From the NCBI GenBank assembly GCA_963822585.1, contig CAWGIE010000046.1, forward strand, positions 1 to 29,620: a DNA stretch of 29,620 nucleotides. Reading direction: 5' to 3'. The notes under the pieces are model-generated. The model searched no databases and was not told where the DNA came from. It saw only the letters and a list, made by a program, of their open reading frames with translations. Of this stretch, positions 16,705-25,880 are shown one piece after another (the stretch's first letter is position 1; every line of letters starts with the position of its first letter). The DNA is from an uncultured bacterium (lineage in GTDB: Bacteria > Auribacterota > Erginobacteria > Erginobacterales > Erginobacteraceae). The position numbers were made by a program, and so were the translations under genes.

Positions 16705-17625
16705 TTAATCCTGTAAAACTTCTTTCAGCCGATTGAGTTCGGCTCTCCGCTTTTCTGTATCCATCTTGCGAACATTAATGAGCTTCCACTGCAATGCCGG
16801 CAATTGGGCAATATGCTCGATTCCCAACAATCCCCACTCCGGCGTGCCTTTCTTCAAGGACAACAGAAATTCTCTCTCAGCCCTGTCGAGAGACTTCACA
16901 AGGCTACGAGCCAGGTTTGCCTGTACTTCCCGTAGGTCGTCGAGGGATACTTCAATCCGGGACATTCCTCTGAAACGTTTTTCGTATTGCTCCCCGATGT
17001 CGTGAAGGCCGGGAGCCAGCAGTTCGTGCATCGGCCTGGAATGCCCCGCAAGATAGACGACAAACGCGCGCCTGATCTCCGGAGTGATCCCCGTGCCATC
17101 GAGCAGTAGTTTCACATCGAAGAGATCACGGGGATGTTGGCGGTCCAGAGCCGCGCACAGTTTGCTTCCGTAGAGGTCCGACATAGCCAGCGTCTGAGCG
17201 CTTGTGAATAGTTCAAAGTGTTCTTGCGCGTTCCGGCACAGATCCCGCTCGATCGGCGGATGGATGGAACTTCTGAAAACCAGGTTAGGTTCGACTTTGA
17301 CCACTGCATTTCCTCCGGCGATATAGAGCTTGGTGACATGATCCTGGATTCGACTCTCACTAACGTTTACTCCGGGTATTTTTCTCCTGATGCGCTCACT
17401 GATTGAGATAAGAGCATCATGGATTTCCCGGAGAGCCATGTCTCGCGGCTGCAAGGGAAGATAGACGAGATCGATGTCTACAGAAACTCGGGGAAGATCC
17501 CGCACGAAAAGATTTATGGCCGTGCCCCCTTTCAGGGCGAAACAGCGTTGCCGGGCGATTTCCGGAAGACAGCGCAGAAGCAGTCTCACCGGCAGCTCGT
17601 AGCGGTGATCAAACATTGGGCTCAT
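16705..17625 (-). CDS. Nucleotidyltransferase AbiEii/AbiGii toxin family
   Basis: FALKGGTAINLFVRDLPRVSVDIDL; GSKLCAALDRQHPRDLFDV; start may be the nearby downstream ATG (MFDH). Confidence 0.92.
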   Translation of the reverse strand: MSPMFDHRYELPVRLLLRCLPEIARQRCFALKGGTAINLFVRDLPRVSVDIDLVYLPLQPRDMALREIHDALISISERIRRKIPGVNVSESRIQDHVTKLYIAGGNAVVKVEPNLVFRSSIHPPIERDLCRNAQEHFELFTSAQTLAMSDLYGSKLCAALDRQHPRDLFDVKLLLDGTGITPEIRRAFVVYLAGHSRPMHELLAPGLHDIGEQYEKRFRGMSRIEVSLDDLREVQANLARSLVKSLDRAEREFLLSLKKGTPEWGLLGIEHIAQLPALQWKLINVRKMDTEKRRAELNRLKEVLQD

Positions 17626-18406
17626 TATCCTGTCCGGGGACGGTTATTCCATACTTCCGGTTGAACCGGCCGCCCTTGTATATCTGGCGCTTTCCGTTCC
17701 CGAGTTTGATGCGTGACAGTTCCAATCGCTGAAACCACTCATGCCCGGTCTTCTCGGCGCTCCAGAGAAATACTCTTTTGACCTTGATCGAACGGCAGTT
17801 CTCAAGTAGGTACTGGACGACGCCTGGCCGGAGAGTGGTGAGGCCTTCCATCAACTGAAGGACGTGGTCTATATCATCGTTTGTCCCGGCCAGTTGTATC
17901 TGTTCCATGATCGCCCGTTCCGCGCTCGACATCATTACGCTAAATCCACCACAATCCAACCCGGTAGTACTTTTCTGTGGAAAGGATTTGAAGAGTGCCA
18001 GACAGTGATGTTCGAGATTAGCAGCCCATGAATATTTCCGAAACCAGGCGGGCAGTTGTTCCGGTTGATCGCTTATGAGGATGACTTTCTTTCGCTCCCC
18101 GAGGGGTACAAAATGGGAGAGTCCCAGCAATTCCAGGGATGTGACTCCAGCGACATGAACGGTCATCCCGAGCTGTGACTGCAACGCATACAGTCCACCC
18201 TTCCAGTCAACCCTGTCGCCCGGCTGGATGAAAGCTCTCGGGCCAAATCGAATCAACCAACCGGACCCCAGATGCCAGCTCGCCAGTTTACTGGATACCC
18301 CCTGTTCAGTTAGCCAGGTCTGGGTCGTGATGGTACCCTGAGGCCATTTCCGGAAAACCTGGTTCATTTTTGAGGGCTTCCTGCCAGTATCACTGTATTT
18401 TTTCAT
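17609..18406 (-). CDS. Type IV TA antitoxin AbiEi (AbiEi_3-like)
   Basis: WL..QGVS..SGWL..G..AF, SSAERAIME, EGLTTLRP..Q.LLE.CRSIKVKR, LGNGKR, KYGITVP. Confidence 0.9.
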   Translation of the reverse strand: MKKYSDTGRKPSKMNQVFRKWPQGTITTQTWLTEQGVSSKLASWHLGSGWLIRFGPRAFIQPGDRVDWKGGLYALQSQLGMTVHVAGVTSLELLGLSHFVPLGERKKVILISDQPEQLPAWFRKYSWAANLEHHCLALFKSFPQKSTTGLDCGGFSVMMSSAERAIMEQIQLAGTNDDIDHVLQLMEGLTTLRPGVVQYLLENCRSIKVKRVFLWSAEKTGHEWFQRLELSRIKLGNGKRQIYKGGRFNRKYGITVPGQDNEPNV

Positions 18407-18499
18407 GGCTTGATAAACCCTATGTTAAGTTGGAGTGGTTTATAATTAACTCTAATATTCCAGTATTGCTACCTTCGCGTCAAGTGAAATAAACCAAGT

Positions 18500-18618
18500 T
18501 GCAGATTTCGGAGGAAAGTGGACACCCAATCGGTTTAAAGTGGACACTCATTCCGGAGCAAAGTGGACAGTGATTCCGGAGTAAAGTAGCCACTCAATCC
18601 GCTCCAACGTAGTCACCC
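18500..18618 (+). mobile_element. Second IS21-like end remnant, same orientation as 16541
   Basis: TGCAGATTTCGGAGGAAAGTGGACAC..ATCGGTTTAAAGTGGACAC..ATTCCGGAGCAAAGTGGACAG. Confidence 0.6.
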
Positions 18619-18889
18619 CGCCTCCCACTCCAAAACCAGCCATTTCGACCGCCGGGATTCCTTATTTAACAAATAACGCATAGCGTGTTTTGTTAAATAA
18701 GAAAGATGCTGCTATCACCATATGCATCACGCGGGATCATCAGTATTGCTGGAAAAAGCTGCCGGGTGAAGAAACGGGCTTGCAAAAAGGCTTTCAAGAG
18801 GTGATGATAAGAAGTAGAAGCGGTTGATTTTGATCCGACCATAAATGGTTGGTTTTGAATTGATCAATGACAAAGGGACTTATGGCGGC

Positions 18890-19411
18890 ATGAAAGAAAC
18901 GCTCGAAGTCATTAACCACATGCAGGCCGATGGGATCATCGGACGTTACGCCATCAGCGGAGCGGTGGGGGCAACATTTTATCTTGAGCCGGTGGCGACC
19001 ATGGATATTGATGTGTTCGTTTCGTTTCGCGAGTCGGACGCCGGCCGGCTGATCTCTCTTTCGCCCCTGTTCGATTATCTCAAGGCCCGGGGCTATAAGG
19101 CACGCGGAGAATACATAGTGATCGGCGGTTGGCCCGTGCAATTCCTGCCGCCCGGCGATGCCCTGGGCGAAGAGGCGTTGGCGGAGGCCGTCGAGAGGAA
19201 CGTCGAGGGCGTAACCACGCGCGTGATGACGGCCGAACATCTGGTCACGCTTGCCCTGCAGCTTGGGCGCGCTAAAGATCATATACGCATTCTTCAATTT
19301 ATCGAAGACGGGGTGTTGGATATGGATAAGCTCAATGCGATTCTTTCCCGGTACGACCTGCTTGAAAAATGGACGCGTTTCAGGTATAAGTACCTTGAGG
19401 ATAATTCATGA
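18890..19411 (+). CDS. Minimal nucleotidyltransferase-fold protein
   Basis: YAISGAVGA..EPVATMDIDVFV; RVMTAEHL..LGRAKD; alternative start at 18845. Confidence 0.7.
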   Translation: MKETLEVINHMQADGIIGRYAISGAVGATFYLEPVATMDIDVFVSFRESDAGRLISLSPLFDYLKARGYKARGEYIVIGGWPVQFLPPGDALGEEALAEAVERNVEGVTTRVMTAEHLVTLALQLGRAKDHIRILQFIEDGVLDMDKLNAILSRYDLLEKWTRFRYKYLEDNS

Positions 19412-19632
19412 ATGAGCGGATGAAAGCGATACGGGCCAGTAAACAGGCGGAGCGGCGCCGTCTTGCCGGATTACCAATCAGCGAGAAGGTAGCCATACTG
19501 GAAAAGATGCGCGATCGCTCCCGGGCAATTGCGGACACCACCTTGTATCAAAAGCGGAGTCCGCACGGCAGAAAGGTGTCGGTCTTACGTGAGCGGCGAG
19601 AAACAGCGAAAAAATTCAGAGTCAAACCCTAA
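19408..19632 (+). CDS. Small basic hypothetical protein coupled to the NTase gene
   Basis: ATGA overlap; SKQAERRRLAGLPISEKVAILEKMR helical pattern. Confidence 0.65.
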   Translation: MNERMKAIRASKQAERRRLAGLPISEKVAILEKMRDRSRAIADTTLYQKRSPHGRKVSVLRERRETAKKFRVKP

Positions 19633-19633
19633 C

Positions 19634-19677
19634 CTGGATATATTCATGAAAATATTTCATTTTCATGAATAATCCAG
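19634..19677. repeat. GGATTATTCATGAA palindrome (further copies at 21099-21146 and 24750-24796)
   Basis: CTGGATATATTCATGAAAAT...ATTTTCATGAATAATCCAG. Confidence 0.75.
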
Positions 19678-19936
19678 CTTAAATAGTTAAATAACTTTTC
19701 CGCTCTCCCCGTCTGGGGCTGGTCAAGCCTCCACCTTGTCACATTCCCATTTTCTGACTTTCACACTTTCTCGCTTTTCCTCCAGAGGCGGACAGGCGCG
19801 CGAAAGCGAGAAAGTGGATTTCGTGTCCGCGGTCAATTAGAACCAGCCATTCCGACCGCCGGAAAAGGGAGGGGGAGGGGAAGCAATGAAGTTTCCTGTC
19901 CGAAGTTGAGCCAAAAACGGACTTGTCTCTAGACCC

Positions 19937-20578
19937 CTATTTCGGGAGCTTTCTGACGAGCTGCATGCCGTCCCGGATGGTGAGAAAGACATTCTCCACC
20001 CGGTTGTCCTCGGTGATGGTCCGGTTGAGACGATCGATAATCCGGGAGGCTTCATCCTTCGGATCGAGGACCCGGCCGTCCATGAACATGTTGTCGAAAA
20101 GGATGATCCCCCCCGGTCTGGTGAGGGCCAGGACTTCCTCGTAGTATTCGGGATAGCCCGTCTTATCGGCATCGATGAAGGAGAAGTCGATTGGCTCTTC
20201 AATACCCCGGATGGTCTCCAGGGCCGGTCCCAGCCGGATCTCGATCTTCTCTCCGTAAGGGCTGGCGTCAAAAGCCTCCCGGGCGATCCGGGCATGCTCC
20301 GGGTTGATCTCGCAGGTGATGATCCTTCCGTCCTCGGGCAGCCCTTCGGCCATGTTCAGGGCCGAGTATCCGGTAAACGTCCCCAGTTCCAGGACCAGCC
20401 GGGGCCGGACCATCGCCACCAGGATCTTCATCATCCTCCCCGCCAGCCGGTCGGTCAGCATCTGGGTCTTCCCGACCGTCCGCGCGGTCTTTTCGGTCAG
20501 CTCTCTCTGGAGTTCCGGCTCCGGTCCGGTCGTGCGAAAGGCGTAGTCTTTGATATCGTTTTCGACAATATAATCCAT
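19937..20578 (-). CDS. Class I SAM-dependent O-methyltransferase (caffeoyl-CoA OMT / methyltransferase-3 family)
   Basis: VLELGTFTGYSAL, FIDADKTGYPEY, PGGIILFDN, RDG; RBS AAGGAG before the ATG at 20578. Confidence 0.92.
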   Translation of the reverse strand: MDYIVENDIKDYAFRTTGPEPELQRELTEKTARTVGKTQMLTDRLAGRMMKILVAMVRPRLVLELGTFTGYSALNMAEGLPEDGRIITCEINPEHARIAREAFDASPYGEKIEIRLGPALETIRGIEEPIDFSFIDADKTGYPEYYEEVLALTRPGGIILFDNMFMDGRVLDPKDEASRIIDRLNRTITEDNRVENVFLTIRDGMQLVRKLPK

Positions 20579-20610
20579 GTTCTTCTCCTTTAGGTGAGTG
20601 TGGGATCGAA

Positions 20611-20790
20611 TTCGGGGTCGGACCACACTATCATCTTTAATGCCAGTTGGTTACATGAAAATTGGTGGGCAAATATGGCCTTAGGAGCGTTTTTGGCCCC
20701 CTCAAAAAGCGTTTAAGACCATTATGATCTCGGAAAATAGCCTCGTTTACTTATGATAGATCAGGAAAAGATGATTCGAAACCAACCATT
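20611..20790 (+). repeat. GGGGTCGGACCACACT element, homolog of 14127-14240
   Basis: Shared start, CCAGTTG.TTAC, GGCCTTA...GCGTTTAAG hairpin; ends GATTCGAAACCAACCATT. Confidence 0.75.
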
Positions 20791-20794
20791 TAAT

Positions 20795-20978
20795 GGCGAC
20801 CTGAAGGTCGCCGCTACGAAGGTGCGCCGAGGGCGCTAACAGGGTGCTTCGGAATTTCCACGATAGCCATCGGGGTGCGCCCCTGGCACACAATAGTTAA
20901 AAAGGTAGTCGCCTCAGTTTACCGGGGCGCACCCTGAAGGGTGCGACTACCTGAAGTTAGCGCGGAGCGCTAAGTTCA
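20795..20978. repeat. Cluster of GTAG-type REP hairpins; last ~52 bp nearly identical to 25912-25963
   Basis: GGCGACCTGAAGGTCGCCGCTAC; GGTAGTCGCC..; GCGCACCCTGAAGGGTGCGACTACC..TTAGCGCGGAGCGCTAAG. Confidence 0.75.
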
Positions 20979-21026
20979 AATAACAGTTGACCTTTGGCCG
21001 GACACCTCGGACTATGAAGATACAAG

Positions 21027-21064
21027 ACTCATGCTCGCGCGGGGGATTGCGCGCGAGCATGAGT
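21027..21064. other. Perfect 15-bp-stem hairpin
   Basis: ACTCATGCTCGCGCG / CGCGCGAGCATGAGT. Confidence 0.7.
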
Positions 21065-21179
21065 TTACTGTATGTAACGTGTTGAATGGAAGTTCACGGC
21101 CCGGATTATTCATGAAGAACTGAAAATTTTCATGAATAATCCGGGCTAACCGCAATTTCTTTCCGCAAAGGATCTTTTT

Positions 21180-22202
21180 ATGAAACTGGGTATCATCGGT
21201 CTTCCCGGCTCGGGGAAGACAACCATTTTTGAAACATTAACGAAGAGCATCGCCGCGTCAGACAATAAAGCCGAAAAAAGGATCGGAACCATCACAGTCC
21301 CGGATGAACGTATCGATATCCTCAGCGCGATGTACAAACCGAAAAAGACTACCTACGCCCAGGTTGAGTACTTTCTGCCGGGAAAAATCGGGACAACGAA
21401 AGATCAGAATATCTGGGCCCGGATCAGAGACTGCGATGCCCTGATTCACGTGGTACGCAATTTTACCGGGACCCTTTTTGAGAACACGTCGCCATACCAG
21501 GATTTTCAGACACTGGATCAGGAGATGATACTGGCCGATCTGGTGGTAGTCGAGAAACGGCTGGAGAATCTGAACCTGGAACTAAAGAAGGGGAGGAAGA
21601 TAAATCAGAAAGAGCTGACATTGCTGGAAGAGTGCCGTGAAAAACTGGAGAATGGGACCCCGTTGAGGAAGTGTCCGGAACTGGCGGGGGCGCCGCTCTT
21701 AAAGGGCTTTACGCTGGTCAGCGGCAAGCCGGCATTGCTGCTGGTAAACAACGAAGACGCGGATACTGCCTTTCCCGACCTCGGAGAATTATCGAGCCGC
21801 GAAGACTGTCTGCTGATCAGGGGTCGCCTCGAACATGAACTGGCCCGGATGAACCCGGAAGAGGAGGCGGAATTTCTGGATGAATTCGATATCACCACAC
21901 CCGCCCGTGACCGGGTGATCAAAAAATCATATGAACTGCTGAGATTAATCTCCTTTTTTACCGTGGGTGACGATGAGGTAAGGGCGTGGACGATTCGGAA
22001 AGAGACGATGGCCCTGGACGCCGCCAGGGTCATCCATTCAGACATCCAGAAAGGGTTCATCCGGGCCGAGGTCTTGTATTATGACGACCTGATCGATGCC
22101 GGGAGTTATCAGAACGCTCGAAAAAAAGGGACCGTTCGACTGGAAGGGAAGACGTATATCGTTAAAGATAGCGATATCATCGATTTCCGTTTCAATGTTT
22201 AG
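21180..22202 (+). CDS. ychF: YchF/Obg-like ATPase with C-terminal TGS domain (divergent YchF)
   Basis: GIIGLPGSGKTT, VPDERI, DALIHVVRNF, FFTVGDDEVRAW, IHSDIQKGFIRAEV, RLEGKTYIV..FRFNV. Confidence 0.85.
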   Translation: MKLGIIGLPGSGKTTIFETLTKSIAASDNKAEKRIGTITVPDERIDILSAMYKPKKTTYAQVEYFLPGKIGTTKDQNIWARIRDCDALIHVVRNFTGTLFENTSPYQDFQTLDQEMILADLVVVEKRLENLNLELKKGRKINQKELTLLEECREKLENGTPLRKCPELAGAPLLKGFTLVSGKPALLLVNNEDADTAFPDLGELSSREDCLLIRGRLEHELARMNPEEEAEFLDEFDITTPARDRVIKKSYELLRLISFFTVGDDEVRAWTIRKETMALDAARVIHSDIQKGFIRAEVLYYDDLIDAGSYQNARKKGTVRLEGKTYIVKDSDIIDFRFNV

Positions 22203-22413
22203 ATCCATCTTCCCTTTTTCTCGCTTTTCCTCCATATGAGGACAGGCAAGCGGGGAGGCTTGACGAAAAGGCGAGAAAGCGGATTTCGTGTAACGGTCCG
22301 GGTAAAAAGAAGACAAAAATTTCACTGCCCGGGAACGCCCGATTGGTTGGCGAAATACGCGTGGCAGTGGTATCATGAAGATGTCGATATAAACCGATAA
22401 GAAGGGGGGATAG

Positions 22414-24353
22414 ATGAAAATCGCCCTGATTAATCCGCTGATGACGGTGGTTTTGATTATTATCGCTCCCGGGATCCGGTCCGAAGCCGCCGGGCCTCCG
22501 TTAAGGAGTGTGTTGGTGGCGGAGGGACTGGTGAGTCCGGTCGATCTCAAGGCCCCGCCGGGAGACCGGAATCGGGTTTTCATCATCGAACAGCCCGGGC
22601 GGATCCGCGTTTTGAAAGGCGGGGAGGTACTCTCCACTCCTTTTTTAGATATAGAAGTCAAAGGTTCTCTACGGTGGTGAGCGGGGTTTATTGAGCCTGG
22701 CTTTCCATCCCCAGTACGCGAGCAACGGATATTTTTATCGTTTATTATACCAGCCAGCCGGACGGGAGTCTGACCCTGGAGCGCTACTCGGTTTCGGGTA
22801 ATCCGGATTTGGCCGATTCTTCTTCCGCGTTTACCGTTCTCACCGTCAATCATCCCCGCGGAAATCATAACGGGGGAATGTCTCGCCTTCGGGCCCGGAG
22901 ACGGGTATCTCTATCTCTCCATCGGTGACGGTGGGGGCGTCCGGCGATCCGGACGAAAACGGCCAGGATTTGGGCACCCTGCTGGGGGCGATCCTGCGGA
23001 TTGACGTGGACTGGGCTCCTTACACCATTCCTCCCGACAACCCCTTCGTCGATGGAGACCCCTCCACCCGGGATGAGATCTGGGCTTACGGCCTGAGAAA
23101 CCCCTGGCGGATGAGTTTCGATCGGGAGTCCGGAGATCTTTACATCGGGGACGTGGGGCAGGCAAGCTGGGAAGAGATCGACTGGGCCCCCTCCACCGGT
23201 CCGGGAGGGGAAAACTATGGATGGGACTGTTATGAGGGAGACCATCCTTATACCGATCCCAATGGGGATAATAATTCCACCTGCGGCCCGGCCGGCGATT
23301 ACCGGTTTCCGGTGCTGGAGTATGATCATACCCAGGGTCATGCCGTAACCGGGGGTTACGTTTACCGCGGCTCCCGGATCCCCCGGTTGCGGGGAAATTA
23401 TTTTTACGCCGATTTCGGAACGGCGTTTATCCGCTCCTTTCGGATGCAGGACGGAGCGGCGACCGACGGCCGAGAATGGACCGAGGAGCTCGAGCCGGCT
23501 TGCGGCTGCGGCCGGCATATCAACTCCATCACTGCTTTTGGTGAAGACGGAGCGGGCGAACTTTATATCTGCGATCATGATGGAGAGGTATTCAAGATCG
23601 TTCCCCGGGAAAGCGCGGTCAGCCGGGGGGATTATGACGGCGACGGAGCTTCGGATATCGCTCTCTTCCGCGGTTCGACGGGTTTGTGGGCGGTGAAGGG
23701 AATGAGCAGGATTTATTTCGGGACCGCTTCCGATCTTCCCGCCTCCGGGGATTTCGACGGAGACGGTACTTCGGAGATCGCCCTCTTCCGGCCGGCCGAT
23801 AGTCTCTGGGCCGTTCGGGGGACGTCCCGGTTCTATTTCGGCTCGGATCTGGGATCAGCCGCTAACGGGGGATTTTGATGGGGACGGCCGCCCGGACGGC
23901 GGCATTTTCCGGGAAACAACCGGCTTATGGGCGATCCGGGGGATGACCCGTTTCTATTTCGGGTCCCTCAACGATCGGCCGCTGCCCGGCGATTACGACG
24001 GCAACGGTACCGATGAGGCGGCCGTCTATCGAGGGGGGACCGGTCTCTGGGCGATCCGCGGCATTTCCCGTTTTTATTATGGAGGGAAAGCCGATCTGCC
24101 TTTCGCCGGCGATTTCGACGGCGACGGGACCCGGGAGGGGGATTTATTCCGTCCCTCTACCGGCCTCTGGGTTTTAAGAGGCTTGAGTAGAATTTATTAT
24201 GGCGGAGATTCAGATACGGTCGTGCCCGGAGACTACGACGGAGACGGTACCGGGGACGTGGGGGTCTTTCGGGAACAATACGGTCTCTGGGGGGTACGGG
24301 GGATTACCCGGACTTATTTCGGAGCAACCGGCGACCTGCCGGCGACGAGATAG
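22414..24353 (+). pseudogene. PQQ-dependent sugar dehydrogenase-like (GSDH) beta-propeller with C-terminal FG-GAP/VCBS-like repeats, broken by about five frameshifts
   Basis: [27 protein letters not shown] and EIWAYGLRNPWR in shifting frames; GDYDGDG...LWA.RG..R.YFG repeats. Confidence 0.8.
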
Positions 24354-24469
24354 CCGGAGGAGGAGGTTAAGACCGGGGGCGGACCGCGGCATCTTGTTGC
24401 CCGGTTAGCCGGTTATATAGAATCGCAGCCTCTCCCGGGGCCGGGAAGGAAAGATCGGCCCCGGACATG

Positions 24470-24496
24470 AAAAAGCCTCCTCCGGGGGGCTTTTTT
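24470..24496 (+). terminator. Rho-independent terminator
   Basis: AAAAAGCCTCC-TCCG-GGGGGCTTTTTT; the G-U pair fits the + strand. Confidence 0.7.
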
Positions 24497-24852
24497 ATTG
24501 AAGATTGTCGGAACCCTATGCTCCTTCGGCTCTCCGGGATGAATTTATGGTGAGTTGGAAGTCCTGCTCGATGACCGATATTTAATCCGTGAGACGGCAG
24601 GCTCATCGGTTATTTCCAATGGCACGATATGCCCTGTGCCAGTATAGTGTTATAATCCGATTTATCCATAAATCGGATTAGTTTTGCACCAAGACAACGC
24701 TAGTACCGATATTAGTGTAATAATATATTGAGTTGAATGGCAGTTGACGTCCCGGATCATTCATGGAAATTTTTAATTCTCATGAATAATCCGGGATAAG
24801 GGGGAGGATGCGATGAATCTCCCCGGTAAAATAAACCTTCTCATCTTCTATT

Positions 24853-25659
24853 ATGGACAAGGATAAGCTTTTAAAAATGGCGCAGAATCCGGACCTGATT
24901 CCGGGGATATACAACTACTGCGACCGGTGGTGTGAGCGGTGCGCGTTCACCTCGCGCTGTCTCACGTTTCTGTCCGAGGAAGAGGAGAAGAAAGAAGCCG
25001 GTTATTCCCCGGGGTCAGACGAGATGAACGAGGAGTTCTGGAAAGAGATCGGGGAAAGCCTCGTCCTGACGATGGAGATGATCCGGGATTATGCCGAGAA
25101 GGAGGGGATCGACCTGGACGCCTCGACGGAGGATGAGGAGGCGGATGCGGAGATGGACCGGTCGGAGGAGAGAAGGAAAGCGGCCCGCGATCATCCCTGC
25201 GCGAAAGCGGCCCGTGACTATTACCAGCTGGTGCAGGCCTGGTTTGAAGCCTCGGAGGAGCTGTGGGAGGAGAAGAAGGAAGACCTCCTCTCCGCGGCCC
25301 GGCTTGAACTGCCGGGGCGAGATCCGGAACGAGAGGCCCATGAACTGAGCGATATCACCGAGGTTATCCGCTGGTATCAGCATTTCATCTCCGCCAAGAT
25401 CCACCGGGCTCTGACGGGCCGTGCTGATGAACGAATGGAGCGGATACCCGATATGCCGAGCGACGCTGACGGATCGGCCAAGATCGCCCTGATCGCGATC
25501 GATCGCTCGATCGGTGCCTGGACACTGCTCCACCGGGAATTCCCCGAACGGGAAGATGAGACACTGGGGATAATGGTTTTGCTGGAGCGTCTCCGCCGCT
25601 CTCTGGAGATCGAGTTCCCGAAGGCCCGCGCCTTCATCCGCCCGGGGTTTGATGAATAA
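24853..25659 (+). CDS. Hypothetical protein with an N-terminal Cys motif (YNYCDRWCERC)
   Basis: Long ORF with GC-rich third positions; putative metal-binding Cys cluster; ends FPKARAFIRPGFDE. Confidence 0.8.
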   Translation: MDKDKLLKMAQNPDLIPGIYNYCDRWCERCAFTSRCLTFLSEEEEKKEAGYSPGSDEMNEEFWKEIGESLVLTMEMIRDYAEKEGIDLDASTEDEEADAEMDRSEERRKAARDHPCAKAARDYYQLVQAWFEASEELWEEKKEDLLSAARLELPGRDPEREAHELSDITEVIRWYQHFISAKIHRALTGRADERMERIPDMPSDADGSAKIALIAIDRSIGAWTLLHREFPEREDETLGIMVLLERLRRSLEIEFPKARAFIRPGFDE

Positions 25660-25880
25660 GAGGGTATCGTTGATCGGTTGCGCAGCTTGAAACGTTGAAC
25701 GGAATACGGTTACGTGCGGCTCACCCCTGCAACCCTCCCACGCAACCGATTCAAGCCGCGTCCTTCGATCCCGATAGATCTCAGGATCTGAGGGACAACC
25801 GCAACCTTTTAACCTGACCGTTGCCAGAATAGAGCGAGGACTAAGTTCCTGCTTCGGAATTTCAATAAATGTCGAAAAAT

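Noticed and set aside
24500..24545. Glycine riboswitch-like GGAGAG/CCGAAGGAGCA on the minus strand; SRP-like GGAAGGAA near 24444
   Set aside because: The remaining conserved elements and spacing are absent
24620..24634. Sigma54 promoter TGGCACG
   Set aside because: GG-to-GC spacing is 8 nt rather than 10
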